Source of the DNA: Puniceicoccaceae bacterium
GTDB lineage: Bacteria; Verrucomicrobiota; Verrucomicrobiia; Opitutales; Oceanipulchritudinaceae
Direction: 5' to 3'
Assembly: GCA_040830495.1 (NCBI GenBank)
Contig: JBFOMA010000001.1
Span: 303,602 to 367,601 of the forward strand
DNA: 64,000 bases
Shown here: positions 57,426-64,000 of the stretch, piece by piece
How the letters are laid out: each line of letters opens with the position of its first letter
Numbering within the stretch: the stretch's first letter is position 1
Notes under the pieces: generated by a model
Seen by the model: only the letters and a program-made list of their open reading frames with translations
Databases searched by the model: none
What the model was told of the DNA's origin: nothing
Made by a program: the position numbers and the translations under genes

Positions 57426-57629
57426 GTGTCGCAGGCGTCCTCGCCTGCGCATCAAAGCGCACTCACATAGACAGGCCAGAGGCCTGTCACACCGTGTCGC
57501 AGGCGTCCTCGCCTGCGCATTAAAGCGTACTCACACAGACAGGCCAGAGGCCTGTCACACCGTGTCGCAGGCGTCCCCGCCTGCGGGTTAAAACGCAATT
57601 ACACAGACAGGCCAGAGGCCTGTCACACT
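57426..57629. repeat. Three tandem copies of a 68-bp REP-like unit, each with two GC hairpins, between convergent GH29 and sulfatase genes
   Basis: Each unit is gtgtcgcaggcgtcctcgcctgcgcatcaaagcgcactcacatagacaggccagaggcctgtcacacc, containing gcaggcg-tcct-cgcctgc and gacaggcc-aga-ggcctgtc. Copies start at 57426, 57494 and 57562. Confidence 0.85.
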
Positions 57630-59829
57630 ATATCTTCTCCAGCTCCACTGTTGTAGTGCCGTAATGGATACGAAACTTGTGGTCGCCGGAGCTGATGGTT
57701 TTCTCACCCGAGTTGAACTTGCCGGAGACTGAGGCTGCGCGGAGGACGGGGAAGCGTTCGCCTTTCTTCGCTTTGAAATTTTCCGCAGTGACCAGATTCA
57801 GGCTGCCGTCGAGATGCGCCTCGCCCTTCACGACAAGAGACGATTTCCGCCCGACGGCGATCTTCAGCGCGCCACCGACCGACTGGTCAAAGTCACCGGA
57901 CACAATCAGGCTACCTGCCTGCTGCCGCTTCTTGGCAACATTGTCAGTCGCAAGATCCATTTTGCCGGAGTTGTACAAGGTGGCATTGACCGAACCACAG
58001 CCCTGCAGGACGGCGTTTTCCTGAACATCGACCCAGCGGACGGATTCCAGAACGCTACCATCCATTTTAACTAAGGAATATGGCGCAAGGCGGATCTCAT
58101 TTCGCCCAACAAGTGTGGTGTTCCACTTCAGCTCAAGTTCCATCAGCGCTTGGCTTTCAAGGTTGCCACGAACCTCGAATCCCAGTGTTTCAATCGATGA
58201 ATCCAACCATGCCTTTTGAGCAGTCTTGAAGCGGTTTTCGACAACCGCATTCCAACTCTCGTTCGGGGTCTCGCTCTGGGGCCACTTGTTCTCGAACTCC
58301 CATGTGCCCGTTTCCATCCAGCTTCCGCGATCATTCACATTTGCACCATTCTTACCAACCCATGTTGGCCAGACATTCGCATAAAGATTGTCTGCCTCGA
58401 GGTTTTCATCCTGAGCGATCTGCAGCAGCTCGAATACAATATTAGCATAGTCCGGGTCATCGGCCAGGTTCCTGGTCTCAGACTCATCCTTCTTGAGATT
58501 GTACAAATGAAGCGTTCCATCCTGTTCCTTGCCTAGCTTCATGTCTCCCATTACGATGGACCAAATCCAGGACTTGCCCCCGGGAGCTTCATAACAGAAG
58601 TACGGACGTAAGCGTCCCTCACCTTTGCCCAGGATAGCCGGAACGATGGAGACACCGTCCAGACCAACCGGAGGTTGCACACCTGCCAGCTCACAGAAGG
58701 TCGGAAAGACGTCCGTAATGCAGGTCTTGTAGTCGGTGGTCTGCCCAGGCTCGATAACACCTTCCCAATAGAATGCCAGGGGATCACGGATACCGCCCTC
58801 CTCGACGGTTCCCTTGTAGTTTCTTAAGTGGCCATTGCCGTTGAAGTATCGTAGCTCCTTGTAGCCTCCGCCGCCATTATCCGAGGAAAAAATGATAAGA
58901 GTGTTGTCCATGATGGAATCCGACTCATCCCCGTCATTGTTGGGATCCCGCAGAGCGGCAAAGACTCGCCCGATCAGTTTGTCCATGAGAGTGACATTCG
59001 CTGCGTATTCCTTGATATTCTGCTCCCAGTTTGAGGTATCCACATCCTTGTAGTCATCAAACCATCCAGGAAGCGTATCGATCTCGTCAAAGGGTCCATG
59101 CGGAATCTGGAAGGACAATTGCACAAAGAACGGGGCCGGTCCATTGGCCTCCTCACGGATAAACTTGATAGCCCCGGCGGTGTAGTAGTTGTCCGCATAA
59201 AGATCCTCCTCTGGGAACATCTTCCTGTTATCCAGCAGGGATGTGTCCAGTACGATGTTGCCATCCCTGTCGACATGCGAGTACCAGAGAGTTGGCTGAA
59301 GGAATGTATGCGCGCGAATGTGGTGCAGTTCCACGACACAGTCATGGTAACCATGATTGATCGGCAGGGTTTGCAGGTTCACAATCTTCGGATTCTCGAG
59401 ATCGCGGGTCGCTCCATAGCCCCACTTGCCGTACATCCCAGTGCGGTAACCGGCTGCCGACAGCACCTTGCCGATTGTCGGATCCTGCGTCCGCATGGCT
59501 TTATCATCAGACGGATCATTCCAGTCCGCCCAGGTGTGTCCCTGGTGAAAGCCCAGTTGCTGTGATGAGCGGGATGGCGAACAGACGGAATTACTGTAGG
59601 CGTGTGTGAAATTGATCCCGCCCGCGACCATCTTATCAATGTTCGGGGTCAGAATCTTGGAAATCTCCTTCATGTCGGCCCCTTTCCTGGCCGCAATCTT
59701 CTGGTTGGCGCGGATTCCTGCCCAGCCAAGGTCATCAGCAAACAGGTAAACGATGTTCGGTCGCGATGCAGCGCTCAGGGCAATACTGCCCAACAAGGAA
59801 GAAACAAGGATAACAAAAAAGGCTCTCAT
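57628..59829 (-). CDS. Arylsulfatase (S1 formylglycine sulfatase family) with a C-terminal extension
   Basis: Signal peptide, YLFADDLGW, the formylglycine motif CSPSRSS, and a roughly 250-aa C-terminal beta domain. Confidence 0.85.
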   Translation of the reverse strand: MRAFFVILVSSLLGSIALSAASRPNIVYLFADDLGWAGIRANQKIAARKGADMKEISKILTPNIDKMVAGGINFTHAYSNSVCSPSRSSQQLGFHQGHTWADWNDPSDDKAMRTQDPTIGKVLSAAGYRTGMYGKWGYGATRDLENPKIVNLQTLPINHGYHDCVVELHHIRAHTFLQPTLWYSHVDRDGNIVLDTSLLDNRKMFPEEDLYADNYYTAGAIKFIREEANGPAPFFVQLSFQIPHGPFDEIDTLPGWFDDYKDVDTSNWEQNIKEYAANVTLMDKLIGRVFAALRDPNNDGDESDSIMDNTLIIFSSDNGGGGYKELRYFNGNGHLRNYKGTVEEGGIRDPLAFYWEGVIEPGQTTDYKTCITDVFPTFCELAGVQPPVGLDGVSIVPAILGKGEGRLRPYFCYEAPGGKSWIWSIVMGDMKLGKEQDGTLHLYNLKKDESETRNLADDPDYANIVFELLQIAQDENLEADNLYANVWPTWVGKNGANVNDRGSWMETGTWEFENKWPQSETPNESWNAVVENRFKTAQKAWLDSSIETLGFEVRGNLESQALMELELKWNTTLVGRNEIRLAPYSLVKMDGSVLESVRWVDVQENAVLQGCGSVNATLYNSGKMDLATDNVAKKRQQAGSLIVSGDFDQSVGGALKIAVGRKSSLVVKGEAHLDGSLNLVTAENFKAKKGERFPVLRAASVSGKFNSGEKTISSGDHKFRIHYGTTTVELEKI

Positions 59830-59906
59830 GATTCAGATATGATAAAGAAATTTAAAGGATGCGTATAGAACATTATACGCTACTCAGGAAACAATTGGGC
59901 CACTCC

Positions 59907-61781
59907 TTACAGCGCTTGGATTGAAACATGGTCGATTACCATATGGCCGCCTCCCCTGATACCAAGGATCAGCTCCCAGTCCTCGAACTCGTTTGTGTTC
60001 AAGACCATCTCCACCTTGCCTGACTTGCCGGATGCGCCAGTCCAGCCCTTGTTCTGGCGATTCTTTTTCTTATCCAGCTTGCTGATGAAATTGGCGTAGA
60101 ACTGACTGCCTTTCTCAAGGCCCTTGGAAGTCCACTCGACTTTTAAGAGATACTGGCTGTTTGGGGCGAAACTCTTCGGCGGAACCACCATACCGCGATT
60201 CCAAGTGCCTTTCTTGGCTCCACTCGCGTTACAGTCGATACCACTCTTCTCGAGCAATACGACCCCGGTACCCTCCAGCTTGGCGGAGACTGTACTGGAA
60301 GCTTGCGGCGGCTTATCCGAAGAGCTGTAAAGGAAGTTCACGCCTTTAGTCAGGCCCGGCTCGTCATACAGCTTCATCTGGCGAATCAGCTCTTTCTGGA
60401 TCTTCACCGCGATTGGGCCGTACTCCGGGTTGTCATAGAAATTGATCAGCTCATCCGGATCGCGCAGCAGGTCAAACAACCAAGGCGTGTCCTTGACCGA
60501 GAGAACCAGCTTGTGGCGCTGGTCAATCCCCGCAACCCATGTGCTGCCTGAATTTGTCAGGTAAACAACGCGGTCATCGTTCACGATCTTCTTTTTACCG
60601 AGAAAGGTCTTCGCATCGTTGAGTCCCACGCTGCCGGGAATCTGCGGAGCATTCATCAGTCCAAGAATCGTCGGTGCAAAGTCCACATTTGTGTAGGCCT
60701 TGTGAATGATCTTGCCCGGCTGGATCTTGCCCGGATAGCGAATCAGGAAAGGAATCTTGGCGGATGTCTCATAGGGCACACCCTTGTTGTGCCGGCGATG
60801 CTCGCCCATCAGGTCACCATGGTCGGAAGTGAAGACCACGATGGTGTTGTCGGCCAGGTCGTTGTCCTCGAGGTATTTCAGGAGGCGGCCAACATTGTCA
60901 TCAATACAATGCACCATGCCGAAGTAGCGCTGCATCTGGTCCTGCTTCAGGGCAGTAACGTCGTCCTTATTGGAAATGGCCCACTTCGGCATGCTCTCAA
61001 TAGGCACTTCCATCGTCCGCGGATTTTCGAAATGCATATGCTCATACATCGTGTCGTACGGCGGGCGCACTGAATTCGGCCCATGCGGATCCGGATAGGA
61101 CAGCATGATGCAGAAAGGCTGATCCTTGTCGCGGTCCATGATCTCGATCACCCGGTCGGTCAGGAAATCGGTGGTAAAGGTCCGCTTGTTCGCTCCCTCA
61201 ACTGAATAGGAAGGCACGCCTTTCTTGTCTTGTACACCGACTTTGGAATGCTCCCCATCCATCTCCAGAATCTTCCAATGCCCACGATTGAACATGTGGC
61301 GGTTGTCCTGAAAGCCAAACTTCCTCGCCGGCTCAAAGCCCGGTTTGGCATCTCCATCAAGGTGCCATTTGCCCACGTAAGCGGTAGCATAACCCTGATT
61401 TCCGAGCACTTCCGCGAAGGTCACCAGCCCGTCATGCATCGGCATGTCGTTTGACGGGGAACCAGTGGCAATTGGATACAGGCCCGACACCATTGCAGCG
61501 CGTGATGGCGTGCAAACAGGTGATGCTGCATAGTAACTGGTGCACAGCGCGCCATCCTCGGCAAGGGAATCGATATGCGGCGTGTCCACCTTGATTCCTT
61601 TTCCCCAGACATAGGACTGGTCGTCGCTCATCAGGTCACGGTAGCAGCCAAGAGTACGGAAATTGTGCTCATCGGTGTGAATGACCAGCAGGTTCGGCTT
61701 GTTCGCGGCAAAGGCGAACGCCGAGGCAAGCAACTGCGTTACGAGCAGAAGCTGCAATAGGGATCGAATGGGAGTCTTCAT
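59907..61781 (-). CDS. Sulfatase (S1 family)
   Basis: Signal peptide, LVIHTDEH and the formylglycine motif CTPSRAAMVSG. Confidence 0.85.
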   Translation of the reverse strand: MKTPIRSLLQLLLVTQLLASAFAFAANKPNLLVIHTDEHNFRTLGCYRDLMSDDQSYVWGKGIKVDTPHIDSLAEDGALCTSYYAASPVCTPSRAAMVSGLYPIATGSPSNDMPMHDGLVTFAEVLGNQGYATAYVGKWHLDGDAKPGFEPARKFGFQDNRHMFNRGHWKILEMDGEHSKVGVQDKKGVPSYSVEGANKRTFTTDFLTDRVIEIMDRDKDQPFCIMLSYPDPHGPNSVRPPYDTMYEHMHFENPRTMEVPIESMPKWAISNKDDVTALKQDQMQRYFGMVHCIDDNVGRLLKYLEDNDLADNTIVVFTSDHGDLMGEHRRHNKGVPYETSAKIPFLIRYPGKIQPGKIIHKAYTNVDFAPTILGLMNAPQIPGSVGLNDAKTFLGKKKIVNDDRVVYLTNSGSTWVAGIDQRHKLVLSVKDTPWLFDLLRDPDELINFYDNPEYGPIAVKIQKELIRQMKLYDEPGLTKGVNFLYSSSDKPPQASSTVSAKLEGTGVVLLEKSGIDCNASGAKKGTWNRGMVVPPKSFAPNSQYLLKVEWTSKGLEKGSQFYANFISKLDKKKNRQNKGWTGASGKSGKVEMVLNTNEFEDWELILGIRGGGHMVIDHVSIQAL

Positions 61782-61854
61782 AGTATCGGGTAGTTGGTAG
61801 TTCTTTCAGACACTCAGGGAACGTCTGAAGGAACCGCTTTTCTCCATTCCCCGA

Positions 61855-63648
61855 CTAGCGCACCTGAACTTCCAGACGGTCCTGAATGCCTGTCCTGAAA
61901 TATGCCTGCTTGAGGTTTTTCGCCATCGGTCGGGCATCATCCCAGGAAAAGACGCGGATGGTCACCTTGCCCGGCTTGTGCGCGGTCATCACGCCAAACT
62001 TGTCCACGCTTAGCACATCGGGATCACTCGATTCCCATATGACATTCCGGCGGGTGGCAGCTTCCGGGATAATCTGGCAAGCGAGCTGGTGCTGTTCTCC
62101 CGCTTTCAGCCGGGCAATTCCTTCCTGGATTTTCAAAGCCTCAACATGGACCATTTGCATCTCATCAAGATACGCCCCAAGTCTCTTATATCCATCCTGT
62201 TGTTCTTTGGTCAGCTTATCCATTTGCAGACCGCTGTAGCGCCGCACCTTGAACTTGTATTCCTTGAAGTGGCTGCCTTCCCTTTCCAGCAAGTCCGTTC
62301 GCAGATCAAAGAACCGCCCGTTTGGGAAATCCTTGTCCGGGGCATAGCGCTTGAAGTTCTTGTCAAAGGCATACTCCAGCAGGACATCCTTTGCAGTGTA
62401 GGGATTATTGCCCGTATACCAGCCATGGATCATCTTGCGCGGCTCGCCCGGTGCACCAGTTGCCTGTTTCCAGAAACTGATGCCATCGATGGAATCGGGA
62501 TTGGGAACATCCACACCTGCCGCCTCTGCAATAGTCGGGAAGATGTCAGTCAAGTGGACCAATCCATCGTATCGTCGCATCTTGCCATCGTTTCCTGATG
62601 GTATCGTTCCCGGTTGGCGCAGCAACAGCGGCACATGGATGCCATTATCCGTGTTTCCTCCCTTGCGAGCCGGGTAGACGGTACCGTCGGGCAGGACATG
62701 GAAGAACACCTCCTTTGTCCCGTTGTCACCCATGACGATGATCAGCGTCTTCTCGGTCAGGTTCAGTTCATCGATTTTGTCCACAACCTTACCGATCAAC
62801 TTGTCCGTGTAGGCGATCATGTCCGGGAAGTATTTGTGGTCATCACCAGTATGCCCATCGCGATTGTGATTCACTTCATCAAAGGTATCGAATATCCGTT
62901 TTGGCCGGGTATCCGGAGTGGGCTTGTGGTCATCATGCACCAGCATCATCGGATAATAGACAAAGAACGGCACATCCTTGTGCCTTTCGATGAAGTCCAA
63001 AGCATGGCGGTTGCAGATATCCGGTCCATACCAGCGGCGGCCGGTTGCCGGGTCCTTGTCTGTCCGTCCCTCGAAATTGTTGATAGTGCCGTTGATCACG
63101 AGATTCGGATTAATGAAACGCTGCCGCTCTCCCACCACATCAAAACAAGTGAATTCATCCCAGCCGAACTTGAAGATATAATCCTTGGCGTGCGTATCGG
63201 GTGTACCGCGGGACTGCTTCCATTTGCCGAAAATTCCCGTTGCGTATCCGGCCCGCTTAAAGATGTCGCCGAAGGTAATGTCCGACTCGTGCTGTGCCTT
63301 GCAATCCAAGTAATTCCGGTTGTTGTTCTGGCCGCTCATCAGGGCAATGCGCGTGCTTTCGCAAAGCGGATAGGTATAGGCGCGGTTGCAGAGAACTCCC
63401 TGCTCAGCAAGACGGTCGATTCGTGGTGTAGAGAACTTCTGGACTTCAAATGCCTCCCTGAACGAACCGATGCGATCGGCTCCATAAGCAGTCACCCCGT
63501 AATGGCTCAAGTCGTCGATCAGGATAAGCACCACATTTGGACGATCGTCCGGCCTGCTGGCCTGATTTGCCCCAAGCAACTGTGCGCAGAGCGGCAGCAT
63601 GCACAGGACCAGGGCAAGCCATTTAATACAGGAGCATTTTTGTTGCAT
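61855..63648 (-). CDS. Sulfatase-family protein with a variant active-site motif (C-E-S-T-R) and a C-terminal Big_2 Ig-like domain
   Basis: LILIDDLSHYG, PLCESTRIALMSG (Ser in place of the usual Pro in CxPxR), and the C-terminal Big_2 segment (DPDVLSVDKFGVMTAHKPGKVTIRV). Confidence 0.75.
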   Translation of the reverse strand: MQQKCSCIKWLALVLCMLPLCAQLLGANQASRPDDRPNVVLILIDDLSHYGVTAYGADRIGSFREAFEVQKFSTPRIDRLAEQGVLCNRAYTYPLCESTRIALMSGQNNNRNYLDCKAQHESDITFGDIFKRAGYATGIFGKWKQSRGTPDTHAKDYIFKFGWDEFTCFDVVGERQRFINPNLVINGTINNFEGRTDKDPATGRRWYGPDICNRHALDFIERHKDVPFFVYYPMMLVHDDHKPTPDTRPKRIFDTFDEVNHNRDGHTGDDHKYFPDMIAYTDKLIGKVVDKIDELNLTEKTLIIVMGDNGTKEVFFHVLPDGTVYPARKGGNTDNGIHVPLLLRQPGTIPSGNDGKMRRYDGLVHLTDIFPTIAEAAGVDVPNPDSIDGISFWKQATGAPGEPRKMIHGWYTGNNPYTAKDVLLEYAFDKNFKRYAPDKDFPNGRFFDLRTDLLEREGSHFKEYKFKVRRYSGLQMDKLTKEQQDGYKRLGAYLDEMQMVHVEALKIQEGIARLKAGEQHQLACQIIPEAATRRNVIWESSDPDVLSVDKFGVMTAHKPGKVTIRVFSWDDARPMAKNLKQAYFRTGIQDRLEVQVR

Positions 63649-63733
63649 ACTCCCAAGCTAAGCAGAGTCAACGCCCCGGGAACAGGCAATTTACATGTAA
63701 TAATAACGACAAGGCATGAGGCGGTGTTTCGGT

Positions 63734-64000
63734 TTACTTGCCAACAACGCGCAATGAGGCAACCAGGTTTATTTCTTCCCTCGTAATCGAATGGAGGACT
63801 TCCTTTTTCCTGTTAACCACGATGACATCTGGCCACTCAGGATTGCGGTGGTAAAAAGCGAACGCGATCGAGCCATCCTCAAGCGGGGCAAGCCCCGTCA
63901 CATGGCCAGCGGGCTTGCCTGGCAGGCCGCCATCCTCGACTGGCCGGAAGGTCCACACCAACTTTCCGTCTGCATCGAATTCATCCAGGCGGGCGGCAGA
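63734..64000 (-). CDS. Hypothetical protein, C-terminal fragment (gene continues beyond the window end)
   Basis: ORF on the minus strand ending at 63734. Not recognised. Confidence 0.25.
   Translation of the reverse strand, partial: SAARLDEFDADGKLVWTFRPVEDGGLPGKPAGHVTGLAPLEDGSIAFAFYHRNPEWPDVIVVNRKKEVLHSITREEINLVASLRVVGK

Noticed and set aside
57426-57629. Tandem repeats considered as a CRISPR array (also 30865-30945 and 17723-17819)
   Set aside because: The units abut each other without unique spacers. Unit lengths (68, about 30 and 48 bp) and the absence of cas genes do not fit CRISPR, so these are REP-like or tRNA-derived tandem repeats.
62614-63786. 390-aa plus-strand ORF
   Set aside because: It is antisense to the third sulfatase gene.

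Overview
The window looks like a Verrucomicrobia-type chromosomal segment of roughly 55% GC, densely coded on both strands. It opens with the start of the dcw cluster (mraZ-rsmH-ftsL, minus strand). Next come housekeeping genes (tlyA, nadK, ychF, hpt, prs, dnaB, ftsH-tilS, serS). It also carries outer-membrane and lipid-A biogenesis genes (lptF/G, lpxD-skp-bamA, lpxL-msbA) and a ribosomal-protein cluster (rplY-pth-rpsF-ssb-rplI). The most unusual stretch, about 29.4-30.8 kb, is a tightly packed array of roughly 13 tRNA genes plus a tRNA remnant, followed by tRNA-derived tandem repeats. Several of these tRNAs have apparently atypical anticodon or architecture combinations. This is followed by an SPFH protein with a triplicated N-terminal domain, a GH16 glycanase and tRNA-Thr. 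The last about 20 kb is a sulfated-glycan (fucoidan-type) utilisation cluster. It has three S1 sulfatases, a GH29 alpha-L-fucosidase, a parallel beta-helix protein, a sodium:solute symporter and two different flavoproteins. One flavoprotein is Tat-exported and translationally coupled to a DUF4405-like membrane protein. A sugar kinase/epimerase pair is also present. Two dispersed repeat families occur. The first is a heptad tandem repeat, (GGACNCT)n, inserted in frame into coding sequences, once together with a 24-bp palindrome; this resembles Rickettsia palindromic elements (RPEs). The second is a family of REP-like hairpins (GACAGGC...GCCTGTC) sitting between convergent genes, including a 68-bp unit repeated three times. 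No CRISPR array, integrase or transposase gene was seen.
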